NCBI GenBank assembly: GCA_964415445.1
Contig: CAYQAE010000008.1
Span: 2,032 to 32,000 of the forward strand
Source: an uncultured archaeon
GTDB lineage: Archaea; CAYQAE01
Direction of reading: 5' to 3'
DNA length: 29,969 nt
The notes beneath the pieces are model-generated. The model saw only the letters and a list, made by a program, of their open reading frames with translations. It made no database searches and had not been told where the DNA came from. The translations under genes were made by a program, and so were the position numbers. Shown one piece after another: positions 1 through 9,936 of this stretch. Each line of letters starts with the position of its first letter. Position 1 is the stretch's first letter.

Positions 1-69
1 ACCTATTATTATTGTATCATAATTCATCTTCAAAAACTTTAAAATAACATTATTTTATTATACGTTTTT

Positions 70-447
70 ATGTCAAAAGGAATTCCTAGTCCTGATGAGA
101 TAGTTGAAAAATCAAATATTACTTATCTTATTATAATAATCTCAATTTTAGCAGCTGCTACTTATCTAATAGATATAATTGGCAAAGTTTTACTTGCTTT
201 GATTATATTAACTGTCCCAGGATATTGTCTTATGTATTCTATTTTAGTGGATGTAGATACTGAAATGGATGGTATCGAAATTGTTGGGTTAAGTATAGTT
301 ATGAGTATGGTAGTTTTGATATTTGTATCATTAGTTTTGGCATTTTTGCATCATCTTGAAAGTTTTTATCTTAGAATTTCTATTTTTTTAATTACTTTAA
401 TTTTTCTATTGGTAGGTTATCTTCGTGAGAGACGACAGGTGGTCTAA
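70..447 (+). CDS. Small polytopic membrane protein, function unknown
   Basis: 125-aa ORF with several hydrophobic helices (ITYLIIIISILAAATYLIDII, VLLALIILTVPGY, IVGLSIVMSMVVLIFVSLVLAFL, ISIFLITLIFLLVGY). The PGY...GLS pattern recalls the N-terminal membrane part of archaeal DUF1616 proteins, from memory only. The 3' end overlaps the pth2 GTG start by 23 nt. Confidence 0.5.
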   Translation: MSKGIPSPDEIVEKSNITYLIIIISILAAATYLIDIIGKVLLALIILTVPGYCLMYSILVDVDTEMDGIEIVGLSIVMSMVVLIFVSLVLAFLHHLESFYLRISIFLITLIFLLVGYLRERRQVV

Positions 448-808
448 CCTGAATGATTTTAAATTAAAACAAGTTATTGTTTATCGATCTGACTTAAAAT
501 TAACTAAAGGAAAATTAGCCATACAGGTGGCACATGCTGCGGTATCTTCAGCTGAACGCGCAAAAAATTTTAAGGATTGGTATAGTATCTGGCGTGATGA
601 GGGTCAGAAAAAAGTTTTAGTTAAAGTTAAGACTAAAGAAGAATTAATAGAGCTAAAAAATTTAGCAAAATCAAAAAATCTTCCCTATTATCTCATAAAA
701 GATGCAGGTTTAACTCAAATACCTCCAAATACTATTACATGCTTAGGAATTGGCCCGGCTCCTAATGAAAAAGTAGATAAATTGACAGGGGAACTTCCCC
801 TAGTTTAG
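425..808 (+). CDS. pth2: Peptidyl-tRNA hydrolase, archaeal/eukaryotic type (Pth2)
   Basis: Typical Pth2 length and sequence: KQVIVYRSDLKLTKGKLAIQVAHAAV ... GQKKVLVKVKT ... IKDAGLTQIPPNTITCLGIGPAP. GTG at 425 is the only standard in-frame start. Confidence 0.9.
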   Translation: MRDDRWSNLNDFKLKQVIVYRSDLKLTKGKLAIQVAHAAVSSAERAKNFKDWYSIWRDEGQKKVLVKVKTKEELIELKNLAKSKNLPYYLIKDAGLTQIPPNTITCLGIGPAPNEKVDKLTGELPLV

Positions 809-811
809 ATT

Positions 812-1318
812 TTATTTATTTTTTGACATAACGTAAGCTGCAGTTCCATCACGATAGTAGGAAGGAACCACTCTTTCAAAGATAAATCCTTTTTTAATAT
901 ACATCTCTTGAGCAATTCTGTTGTCAAGTCTCACTTCAAGTCTTATTTTTGAAACAAATTCATAATTTTCAAAATAGTTTATTATCCTCTCAAGAAGCAT
1001 TGTACCTATTCCTCTACTTCTCTTATCAGGAGAGACACCAATAGATACAATATGGCCTTCTTTTTGATATTTAAATTTTCTAAAAGAAAAAAAATGTGTA
1101 ATTCTACACATTATATATCCTACTATTTTATTATTAATCTCTGCAACTAAAAATCCTTTAGGAAATTGTTCATAAAGTGAATTGAAGGTTACAACTGAAT
1201 AAGGATTCGGAAAACAAATGTTGTTTAGTTTCATTACTTCTTCTAAATCATCAGGATGAAACTTTCTAATAATTGGTATGTTTTCTAAATCTAGGATATC
1301 AGATTCAATTGCAGTCAT
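812..1318 (-). CDS. GNAT-family N-acetyltransferase (RimI / archaeal N-terminal acetyltransferase-like)
   Basis: 168 aa. It carries the acetyl-CoA binding motif A (RSRGIGTMLLERI, i.e. R-x-x-G-x-G) and the GNAT core IVSIGVSPDKR. Convergent with pth2, with a 3-nt gap. Confidence 0.85.
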   Translation of the reverse strand: MTAIESDILDLENIPIIRKFHPDDLEEVMKLNNICFPNPYSVVTFNSLYEQFPKGFLVAEINNKIVGYIMCRITHFFSFRKFKYQKEGHIVSIGVSPDKRSRGIGTMLLERIINYFENYEFVSKIRLEVRLDNRIAQEMYIKKGFIFERVVPSYYRDGTAAYVMSKNK

Positions 1319-1372
1319 TATAATCTGCGTTGTTTTATCAACATATAAAACTTACTATTTACACTTTATAGA

Positions 1373-2182
1373 GTGTGGGTGATCTCTACGATTGATAGAT
1401 TTAAGAAAATAGGACATAAATTGAAAAAAGCTATATCTCCTATTTTTGGTACAGAAAAAGCCAGTGAAGTAATTAAAATTGGTGCAAGCGGTGATAAAAC
1501 TACATATATTGATCAAATTGCAGAAAAGATTATTTTAGATGAATTAAGTGATCTTCATAAATCAGGATATAATTTTACAATCTATTCAGAAGAGATAGGT
1601 ATTAAAAAAATGGGTGATTCTACTCATAGATTTGTTATTGATCCAATAGATGGTAGTCTAAATGCAAAAAGAGGTATCCCTTTTTTTTCGACATCTATTG
1701 CCCTATGCACAGACTCTAATTTAGGATCTTTAGATTCAGGGTATGTTCTAAATTTAGCTAATGGTGATGAATTTTATGCTAAATCAGGCGAAGGTGCTTA
1801 TTTTAATGATAAATTAATAAAAAAATCTTCAGATGAAAATTTAAATGTTCTAAGTTTAGAATTGAGCCCTAAAATTAATGATATCATTGTAAGATCTACA
1901 AAAGCAATTGATGAAGTTAGAAATATTAGAGTTATGGGATCCATCGCTTTGGATATGTGTTATGTTGCATTGGGGTCTATTGATTCATTAATTCATTTAA
2001 CTAGAGGAAGTCGACCGATTGATTTTGCAGCTGCTAAATTAATCTTAGAAGAAGCAGGTGGTATAGTTACAGATGCAGAAGGAAAAAGAATAGATCATCT
2101 GCTAGCAGATCTAGATAGAAAAACCGATTTAGTTGCTTCAAAAAATAAAAAAATACATAGAAAGATTTTAAGTTTAATTTAG
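1373..2182 (+). CDS. suhB: Inositol monophosphatase / fructose-1,6-bisphosphatase family protein (SuhB-like)
   Basis: IMPase signatures are present: SEEIG, FVIDPIDGSLNA (DPIDG[ST] metal site) and GSIALDMCYVALGSIDS. GTG start. Substrate specificity cannot be read from the sequence. Confidence 0.85.
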   Translation: MWVISTIDRFKKIGHKLKKAISPIFGTEKASEVIKIGASGDKTTYIDQIAEKIILDELSDLHKSGYNFTIYSEEIGIKKMGDSTHRFVIDPIDGSLNAKRGIPFFSTSIALCTDSNLGSLDSGYVLNLANGDEFYAKSGEGAYFNDKLIKKSSDENLNVLSLELSPKINDIIVRSTKAIDEVRNIRVMGSIALDMCYVALGSIDSLIHLTRGSRPIDFAAAKLILEEAGGIVTDAEGKRIDHLLADLDRKTDLVASKNKKIHRKILSLI

Positions 2183-3339
2183 AAATCTAAATTTTCTAAT
2201 CTCTCTTTAGCTTTATTTATCTCTTCTATTTCTGGAACTAAAGCTATTCTTATATGATTTTTGCCTGCATGCTGGCTTATCATCTCTCCAGGAACAGCTA
2301 CAATTGCAACATCATCTTTAAGTAGTTTTTTAGCAAATTCAATGGATGTATACCCTTCAGGACATCTTTGCCATATATAGAAGGTAGCTTCAGGATCTGA
2401 AAAACCAAGACCCGCTTCTGTTAATGCTCTAGCCATAATCGCTTTTTTCTCTCTATAACTATCTCTTATTTTTTTTACGTGCTCTTCATCGCTTAATGCT
2501 GCAGCAGCTGCTTCTTGGGATACCCAAGGCGCCCCTGAATCTATATTGGTCTTTAGAATCTTAAAAGTAGATATAATCTCTTCATTTCCACAAACCCACC
2601 CTATCCTATATGAGGTCATGTTACTTCTTTTAGATAAAGATTGAAATACTACAGATACATCATATGCATCTTTATATTCAAGTAAGCTCTTTGGTTTTCT
2701 ATCATAGTATATTTCAGTATATGCCTCATCTGAAGCTAGAATTATTTCATTATCATGGGCAAAATCTATGAGTTCTTTGTAAAACTCATCAGATGCAACT
2801 TTAGAGGTGGGACTATTTGGATAGTTTATCCAAAATATTTTGCTTTGCTTTGCAATTTTGGAATCTATCTCTTCTAAATTTGGATAAAAATTATTTTCTT
2901 CAAACAAAGGGACATAATTAATTTTACCTCCAGCAAATAATGTGCCCATTTTGTAAGGTGGATATCCTGGATCAGGAATAATTACTTGGTCGCCTTTATT
3001 TAATATAGATTTAGGAAAATGGAAAATGCCTTCTTTTGAACCTAAAAGTGCACATATCTCTTTTTCAGGATCAATTGATACTGAAAATCTCCTTTTCAAC
3101 CATTCACAGGCAGCATTTCTAAATTTATCAGAACCAACATATGAGGGATATCCTGAATTTTTATGTTTTCTAATAGCTTCACTTGCAGCTTCTCGTATAA
3201 ATTCTGGCGTTTCTTCTTGTGGATCTCCTACTCCAAAATCTATTGGTTCTATTCCTTTATTTTTTAATTCATTTACTTTTTTATCTATTTCAGCAAACGC
3301 ATATGGCGGTATTTTTTTAAGCAGTTTATTAAAATACAT
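2179..3339 (-). CDS. PLP-dependent aminotransferase, class I/II fold (LL-diaminopimelate/aspartate aminotransferase-like)
   Basis: 386 aa. N-terminus YAFAEIDKKVNELKNKGIEPIDFGVGDPQEETP; PLP-lysine motif SLSKRSNMTSYRIGW; NYPNSPT motif. Its stop codon overlaps the stop of the convergent IMPase gene. Confidence 0.85.
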   Translation of the reverse strand: MYFNKLLKKIPPYAFAEIDKKVNELKNKGIEPIDFGVGDPQEETPEFIREAASEAIRKHKNSGYPSYVGSDKFRNAACEWLKRRFSVSIDPEKEICALLGSKEGIFHFPKSILNKGDQVIIPDPGYPPYKMGTLFAGGKINYVPLFEENNFYPNLEEIDSKIAKQSKIFWINYPNSPTSKVASDEFYKELIDFAHDNEIILASDEAYTEIYYDRKPKSLLEYKDAYDVSVVFQSLSKRSNMTSYRIGWVCGNEEIISTFKILKTNIDSGAPWVSQEAAAAALSDEEHVKKIRDSYREKKAIMARALTEAGLGFSDPEATFYIWQRCPEGYTSIEFAKKLLKDDVAIVAVPGEMISQHAGKNHIRIALVPEIEEINKAKERLENLDF

Positions 3340-3405
3340 CTAAACACCTATATCTTTGAAATTTAATCTCTTTTTTTTTAATTGTATCTTTACGATGATT
3401 CTACA

Positions 3406-3440
3406 AAAAGATTTATATACTATAAGTGGTATATAATAAG
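3406..3440 (+). promoter_or_regulatory. Candidate BRE/TATA elements upstream of the giant surface-protein gene
   Basis: aaaagATTTATATAc and ggTATATAAtaag lie in the 196-nt intergenic region. A GGGTG Shine-Dalgarno-like element lies about 10 nt before the ATG at 3536. AT-rich background makes TATA calls weak. Confidence 0.3.
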
Positions 3441-3535
3441 TACAGAGCAAAAAGTTTGTATTTCATAAAATAAGTTGAGGAGTAGCCAAATTCAATGGTC
3501 TAAGTTTGATTTACTATGTTGGGTGTTGTAAATAA

Positions 3536-6500
3536 ATGAAAAACGTAAATAAAATGTTTATAGTATTTATAGCTATAATAAGCTTATCTTCATCTAGTGC
3601 TAATATTATAGTTAGCTCCGATGATCCTAATCTTCAAACCTCCTCTAAACTAGACTTGGGCTCTCTACCTTATCAATTTCAAGGTAGCACAATACTAAAA
3701 ATTAAAGCAGAAGATGAACCAGTAATTTATCAGGAAGTTGATTGGCAAATACCCGAATATGAACCTGCACTTTATGAAAATGAAAGCCAAGCAAGTTATA
3801 CTGAAGATTTTTGGGCTCAGTTTTTAATAAGCGAAGATTGGAGTAACTTGGACGAATTATTCCAAGTTTTTCAAGAAGGTAGAGCTGATGAATATAGTGA
3901 TGATGAAGATGAAGTAGAACCTTATCTTTATTTGGTAGATGTAAAGAATCCTTTTATTAAAATAAATATAAATAATCCTTACCCTGGAGTTAATCTCTCA
4001 ATTTCTGATTATTTTCTTCCATCATATATTATAAGAAACAAAACATATAATGATCAAACATGGATAGGCAATCCAATAGGTAAAATTAATTGGGTGGGAG
4101 AGCGAGACGGATATATTGTGGTCTCTAATGATGGAGGTAGTACTCTATATAATTTAACTTTTGGTATGCTTTGGGGTTTAAGAGATTCTTCTGATATGCA
4201 TAGACAAATTTCTCTTCCTATAAAACTTAATATAGATATTAATTTAAGTTATGATTTTGAAGCAGATAGCGATATTACTTCACAAATTGTATCTGGACTT
4301 ATTCAATTCTACAGTGAAGAGAATGGAACAAAAAGAGATGTTGATACTTCAACTGATCAAGATATAATTGTCGATGAGCCAGGTCTAAATTATTTTGATA
4401 CTAAATTACATTATACTCTAAAAACTACTCCTATCCCGCTTATTTTAGGTGAGACTTTTATTTGGGGCGAAGCTGAGATAAATGATTTTATAGATGATAC
4501 TTATTGGATAAATACTTTCTGTCCTGGTTTTGTATTTGATAAAGATTTACACGGAAAAAATAGTACTACTCTATTTTTTAGATTAGATTTTTCAGATTAT
4601 AATTATAATACACCAAATAGGATTGGTTATGAAGATATTATACCTTTAATTCAAGATCTTTATATGGAATATACAATAATGAACGGTAGCAATTCTAAAT
4701 ATGGATATTTTGGTTTGAATTATAATTATAACTTTAATTATTTTGAGAATATAATTCTTATCTCTGATTTAGGAGTTTCTAATCCAAAAAGTATTACTTT
4801 CAATATTACAGTTGAGACTATATATGGTGATACATTCTCTAGTGATAATGTTGAATTAATTATTTTAGAGCGTGGAAATTATGATGGAAATTCTCTTCTA
4901 AAATTAGGGTCTAATAATTTGTATAATGAGATAGTTGATGTAGGTGATATTTATTATGGTAGTTCAAAAACAGTTAATTTTCAGTTAGAGGATTTATATA
5001 TTCATCCAGCAGATAGGTTTAGTTCAAAAGTTAAATTCATAGAAGTTGATCCAACTACAGGGTATTTATATGCTTTAACTTGGCACGGATTATTTAGATC
5101 TAAAGATTATGGAAATAGATGGGAATTGATAAATGATGTTTATAAAGCAGAAGATGTAAATGCTATGGAAATTTCTCCTGCAGGTGATGTATTTATTGCT
5201 GTAAATGATGGAAAATATTATTTAAGATTAAATAGTGACAATACCTGGCCTTCTAATATGTATTGGGGACATATAAATGATTTAGAAGGGACAAATATTA
5301 CTGCATATGCGTTTTCACCGTGGTATGACGGCATAAATGATGATTTAATATTTTTTGGAACTGAAAATGGTCGTATTTTTAATGGTACAAACTCTAGTGG
5401 AATTGATCAGTGTATAACAGAACATGAAGACGATTTTGGTATGGGATCTAAAACTATTTCTTCTATTAGTTCAGAGTGGCCAATAACTGTAATTGAAACT
5501 GCAATTCTAAATTATACAACGGGAAGATATACAATTGCTGCAGGAACCCAATCTGCAGGTTTTTATTGGGCTAATAATGGTACAAATACATTAGATTATT
5601 CACATTTTTTTAATATGACAATTGATTGGAGAAATGTAGGTAGATTTACAGATGACATAAACCTCCTTTCAAATATCAGCAAATCAGATTTATCTGGCAT
5701 CGCACCATGGGATACACAATCTTATGATAGAACACATTTAGGTGGATGGATAAAAACCCGTCTTTTAGATCATGGATATAATACATATAATATTTCGAAA
5801 GTTTATAGCAGTAGTGAAAAACATGTAGATATAATTGATTCTGGTTTTCTATATAATGATACTATTAATTGGGAAAATTGTCTTGATAAAACAGGTGTTT
5901 TTCCTGAAGTTTTTTTATATTTACAATTTCCAAGTGATATTTTTTCTAACAATGGTGATATTGAAGAGCATCTAAAAAATACTCTAAACAATAGAAATAC
6001 AAGTTATCCTCATCAAGTAGAAAAAGTCTATATTGAAAATGAGGATATTAATCAAGTTGATGTAATAGAAGACTTATGGGAAGAATTTTTAGAATGGCTA
6101 CCTGAATGGGCACTTGGTAAAGAAGATTTTGATTTTTGGAAAATAAATAAAATTAAAGTAGAATACAAAACTTTCAATATCTCAGCTTTAAATGTCGAAT
6201 GTTTTAATTTTAATTATACATGGGATCCCGGAAACACAGTCAGCCATCTAGCTACTTGGAATTTGACTATAAACTATAAAAATGTAGGAGATTATACCCC
6301 TGACTATCCAAATAATTTTACAAATGTTAGCAGCAGTATAGATGGAGATACCATAAAAATTTGGCTTGAAGAAAATGGTTTTCCATACAATATACAAAAA
6401 GTATATGGTGGCAATTGGATAGATCAGGCCGAATATGATGGTAAAGGCGGCGGAGATGAAATAATAGCTTATAGAGTAGAATGTAACAATACTTATGATC

Positions 6501-9500
6501 TAGATTATCTTGTTTGGCATAATCAAATTTACATTGATCCGACTTATGGGGATATAGGTATGCGTGTTCCGAGCTGGATTACTGATATTGAATTTTCTCC
6601 TAATTATTCCAATGATGGACAAATATATATTGGCACAAGATCTGATGGTCTTCTATCTCAAGGTGTATATCAAACCACATGTGGAGCTCCGTGGGGCAAT
6701 GCAATATTAAATACTACGCCCATAGATGATCCACTTAACAATTATACTACATCTTTAACTATTTTAGGTGATTATTTATATGTTGGAACAAGTAATGGTG
6801 GAATCTATAGAGGAGATTCAAACGGGAATTGGAAAAATGTTGGGGATTTTAATTGGTTTGGTAATAATTTATACAATCAAAAAATAAATGATATTGAAGT
6901 AAATAATTCTAATCTATATGTTGCCACCGAAGGTGGTGGTATATTCAGAAATACTACTAATGGATGGACTGTGAACAATTCTGGTCTTGAAGAGATTAAT
7001 TGGTCTTTATATATGCAAAATAAAAATAAATTAGCTTCCGGTTTATATGAATGTGTCTCTGATGAAGACTATATAAATGGATATCTGCCAATTTTAGAGG
7101 GTAGTTCTGATTATAGATATGAATATAAAGTAAAAGATTGGAACGTGGCATTAATTGATGGGCAATATGTAGGAAACCTTACTTTAGAAATGTTTAATTG
7201 GAGAAAAGAAACCATAATGAATGCTTTTTCTGAGCTTAGAATAAGATGGGGATTCAATGAAAAAGATACTTCTTTTGGATCTACAGCTTTAATTAGTCTT
7301 GATCTTAATGCTATTTATCCGGATGTTTCTCAAACTGAAATTTTTGCAGATAGAAATACTATAGATGATTCGTCAGATTTAGAGATTAATTTAGATTTTT
7401 CTAAAAAGCTCAAAGATAGTGGTAAGATAAATGCAGTATATTTAGGCTATGGTCATGCTACAACGAATTTAACTTATGTAAAAATAGATGACAGCTATAA
7501 TTCTAATATATTCTCAGGAGGAAGCAATTATAATTATTCAATTGACAAAAGTATACTTCCTAGAGGTTATAGTGTATTTTTAGGTTTAGTTGAATGGGAA
7601 TATAATGGTAGTTACAAAAATATCACTTTTATACCTTCATATTATTCTGGTTTGGATTATCCTCAATATGTAGAGGATGATTTTACATATAAGCCTAAAA
7701 TATACTTTTTGAGACCACCCTCATATGAGATAGTCTCAGATGAAATATATTTTAGTCCAAGAGCTAGTGTAGATGTTTATAATTCTAAATTAGAAAATGT
7801 AACTGTGGAATATTGTGTGGTCAATTATTCTAATCATTCCCAAATAATTTCAGATGATATTTACAAAGATAAAATGTATTTTAAGGATATGGTAGATACT
7901 CTAAATTTAGTAGATGGAGATCCTCTCTGGGACTTTGCCAAAAGTTTGGGTAATTATTATTGGAATTCTAGCTCTTTTGAATTTAAAGGTTCATATGAAT
8001 GGAATCTTTTGTCTGTAAAAGTTTATGCCATCGATAAGGATAGAACACGACCAACTGATAAAACTTATTCTAAGCCATATAAATTTTTTGTATTAATTAC
8101 AGATGATGACCAAGAGCCACCTGAGATGTCTGAAATATCTTATACTTCTCAAGTAGGTAAAATTGTAGATAAAGAAAAAGATATAAATATAGAAATATCT
8201 ATTAGTGCATCAAATGATAATCCTGATTCTGGAGAAGAATTTAAAATTTATGTGTCTGTTACAAATCACAATAGTAGGAAATTTACTAGTGTTTATGAAT
8301 ACATTGTTAATTTAAGTGCTTTGGATGAAAATGTAGATGTTGAATTTTCTCATTTTTCCTCTGGTAAAAAATATACTTTAGGTCCATCAGAATCTCGTAT
8401 TGAGACATGGATAGTTACAGCGCATAGTGTAGGTCTAAAATCATTTGGTTTTCATCTTAGAAAAAGTGAAGCATATCATTATTTTGAAAATAATTTTAAT
8501 ATAGAAGTTGGAAATGATCCATTATATGATGTTTCTGATCTGAAAGTTAGGGCTAAGATAGTTGATGAAAGTAATATATCTTCAGCAATAATAAGATATA
8601 AATCAAATAAATATACTAATTGGCAAGAAATTTCTATGGATTATCAGGGAGATGATTATTACTCTATAGTTATACCTAGGGAAATTTCTGAACAAATAGA
8701 ATTTAAAATAGTTGCTTGGGATAATGATTCTAAAATTCAAAGAGATCAAGCTTATTCTTGGTCAGATATAATGGCCTGTGAAGGTTATGATTACATGCCA
8801 CCTACAATTTTAGATGTAAATTATATGCAAAATCAATCAACAAAAAATACTCTAAAAATAGCTGCTTATGTTGTAGATCCTGGAAGCGGTGTAAAAGAGG
8901 TGAAAATTCATTTTAAAGTATATTTTAAAGAAAATACAGATGGATTTGAGATTTATGAATCTCGAAACATGAAACAAAGTTCTTTTGATCCTAATTATTG
9001 GCAATATTCACTTACTACGAATAGACCTTTAGTTGATTTTGTTATTAGCGCTATAGATAATGAAGGCAATTCTATCATGACCAATCAATCTAAATCATAT
9101 AATAAGATATTTAATATGGCAATGTTTGATGCGACTCCTAGATATAAGAAAGAAGCAATTGACTATATCTTCTTCAGTCCTATTATCCCTAACAATATCA
9201 CGCCTGGTAAAATGATGAGGTCACATGTAAAAGCTTATGGAGATATTCAGGGAGTTCGTCTATATTTCAGAGGAGAAACAATGGAAACATACATTTTGAT
9301 GCCATATAATGGCACATATGCTAGTATAAATTGGAAAGTTCCAGTTTGTCTTGATCCAGGTAGATATAATATTAGTATGTTTTTGTTAGCAGAAAATGAG
9401 TATATAGCACTCAATGGAAGTAAAGCTATCTATGTTGATGAGACAGATCAAAATTATATTCTCTCTACAAATATTGTAGAAATTGAAAAAATATCAAAAA

Positions 9501-9931
9501 ATACTTACAAAGCTTATGTAAATGTATCCTACACCAATGGAGTTGAATTTGATACAGAATTAGGTGGAGCAGTGTATGTTAAAGTTAATGGTATTTTATA
9601 TTCAGCTGAGTATGATTCTGAAAGTGGACTTTGGGTAGCAACATTTAGTCCTGATAATGAAAATTTTGTGGTAAATGCATATGTAAGTGATCAAGACGGT
9701 CGAGCTGCAGTATCTAGTCGATCTGCAGATTTCACAGAATCTTCACATACTTTAGAATATATATTAATATCAGTTTTGATAGGTTCAACTTCTGTATTTG
9801 GTATAGTTATGTATAAATATCATAAAAAGAAAGAGGATCAACTTATATCTCAGATGATGGAGATAGAAAGAAAAGCAACAGAAGATGAAGTTACACAAGT
9901 TTTACATGAACATTTGTTTGATGATATGTGA
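3536..9931 (+). CDS. Giant secreted/membrane-anchored surface protein (2131 aa)
   Basis: Uninterrupted 6.4 kb ORF.
- N-terminal signal-like segment: MFIVFIAIISLSSSSA.
- Degenerate Asp-box/propeller repeats: RSKDYGNRW, YVGTSNGGIYRGDSNGNW, YVATEGGGIFRNTTNGW.
- CARDB-like segment at about 8150-8520.
- Ig-like modules at about 8520-9100.
- C-terminal TM helix (YILISVLIGSTSVFGIVMY, about 9757-9822) and a charged cytoplasmic tail.
- More than 30 N-x-S/T sequons by eye. Confidence 0.9.
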   Translation: MKNVNKMFIVFIAIISLSSSSANIIVSSDDPNLQTSSKLDLGSLPYQFQGSTILKIKAEDEPVIYQEVDWQIPEYEPALYENESQASYTEDFWAQFLISEDWSNLDELFQVFQEGRADEYSDDEDEVEPYLYLVDVKNPFIKININNPYPGVNLSISDYFLPSYIIRNKTYNDQTWIGNPIGKINWVGERDGYIVVSNDGGSTLYNLTFGMLWGLRDSSDMHRQISLPIKLNIDINLSYDFEADSDITSQIVSGLIQFYSEENGTKRDVDTSTDQDIIVDEPGLNYFDTKLHYTLKTTPIPLILGETFIWGEAEINDFIDDTYWINTFCPGFVFDKDLHGKNSTTLFFRLDFSDYNYNTPNRIGYEDIIPLIQDLYMEYTIMNGSNSKYGYFGLNYNYNFNYFENIILISDLGVSNPKSITFNITVETIYGDTFSSDNVELIILERGNYDGNSLLKLGSNNLYNEIVDVGDIYYGSSKTVNFQLEDLYIHPADRFSSKVKFIEVDPTTGYLYALTWHGLFRSKDYGNRWELINDVYKAEDVNAMEISPAGDVFIAVNDGKYYLRLNSDNTWPSNMYWGHINDLEGTNITAYAFSPWYDGINDDLIFFGTENGRIFNGTNSSGIDQCITEHEDDFGMGSKTISSISSEWPITVIETAILNYTTGRYTIAAGTQSAGFYWANNGTNTLDYSHFFNMTIDWRNVGRFTDDINLLSNISKSDLSGIAPWDTQSYDRTHLGGWIKTRLLDHGYNTYNISKVYSSSEKHVDIIDSGFLYNDTINWENCLDKTGVFPEVFLYLQFPSDIFSNNGDIEEHLKNTLNNRNTSYPHQVEKVYIENEDINQVDVIEDLWEEFLEWLPEWALGKEDFDFWKINKIKVEYKTFNISALNVECFNFNYTWDPGNTVSHLATWNLTINYKNVGDYTPDYPNNFTNVSSSIDGDTIKIWLEENGFPYNIQKVYGGNWIDQAEYDGKGGGDEIIAYRVECNNTYDLDYLVWHNQIYIDPTYGDIGMRVPSWITDIEFSPNYSNDGQIYIGTRSDGLLSQGVYQTTCGAPWGNAILNTTPIDDPLNNYTTSLTILGDYLYVGTSNGGIYRGDSNGNWKNVGDFNWFGNNLYNQKINDIEVNNSNLYVATEGGGIFRNTTNGWTVNNSGLEEINWSLYMQNKNKLASGLYECVSDEDYINGYLPILEGSSDYRYEYKVKDWNVALIDGQYVGNLTLEMFNWRKETIMNAFSELRIRWGFNEKDTSFGSTALISLDLNAIYPDVSQTEIFADRNTIDDSSDLEINLDFSKKLKDSGKINAVYLGYGHATTNLTYVKIDDSYNSNIFSGGSNYNYSIDKSILPRGYSVFLGLVEWEYNGSYKNITFIPSYYSGLDYPQYVEDDFTYKPKIYFLRPPSYEIVSDEIYFSPRASVDVYNSKLENVTVEYCVVNYSNHSQIISDDIYKDKMYFKDMVDTLNLVDGDPLWDFAKSLGNYYWNSSSFEFKGSYEWNLLSVKVYAIDKDRTRPTDKTYSKPYKFFVLITDDDQEPPEMSEISYTSQVGKIVDKEKDINIEISISASNDNPDSGEEFKIYVSVTNHNSRKFTSVYEYIVNLSALDENVDVEFSHFSSGKKYTLGPSESRIETWIVTAHSVGLKSFGFHLRKSEAYHYFENNFNIEVGNDPLYDVSDLKVRAKIVDESNISSAIIRYKSNKYTNWQEISMDYQGDDYYSIVIPREISEQIEFKIVAWDNDSKIQRDQAYSWSDIMACEGYDYMPPTILDVNYMQNQSTKNTLKIAAYVVDPGSGVKEVKIHFKVYFKENTDGFEIYESRNMKQSSFDPNYWQYSLTTNRPLVDFVISAIDNEGNSIMTNQSKSYNKIFNMAMFDATPRYKKEAIDYIFFSPIIPNNITPGKMMRSHVKAYGDIQGVRLYFRGETMETYILMPYNGTYASINWKVPVCLDPGRYNISMFLLAENEYIALNGSKAIYVDETDQNYILSTNIVEIEKISKNTYKAYVNVSYTNGVEFDTELGGAVYVKVNGILYSAEYDSESGLWVATFSPDNENFVVNAYVSDQDGRAAVSSRSADFTESSHTLEYILISVLIGSTSVFGIVMYKYHKKKEDQLISQMMEIERKATEDEVTQVLHEHLFDDM
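5612..6412 (+). repeat. Internal protein-level duplication within the 2131-aa protein
   Basis: NMTIDWRNVGRFTDD...NISKS...GYNTYNISKVYSS (about 5612-5812) aligns with NLTINYKNVGDYTPD...NVSSS...GFPYNIQKVYGG (about 6260-6412). Confidence 0.6.
9198..9931 (+). repeat. C-terminal anchor region, paralogous copy 1 (pairs with 14020-14742)
   Basis: Shared motifs with the second giant protein: PGRYNIS/KGDYNIT, LNGSK/LDGSK, EKI..NTYKAYVNVSY/EKL..NKYKIYISVNY, VYVKVNGILY/VYVKIRGIIY, SDQDGRAA/SDGRTAT. A TM helix and an acidic tail follow in both. Confidence 0.75.
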
Positions 9932-9936
9932 TTTTA

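Noticed and set aside
1-27. Minus-strand ATG at 27 reading MNYDTIIIG off the window edge. It resembles the start of a Rossmann-fold FAD/NAD(P)-binding protein.
   Set aside because: Only 9 codons are visible, which is too little to support a feature call.
3516-3539. 7-codon uORF (MLGVVNK) whose stop overlaps the ATG of the first giant gene (ATGA)
   Set aside because: It is too short, has no supporting signal, and is likely a chance occurrence.
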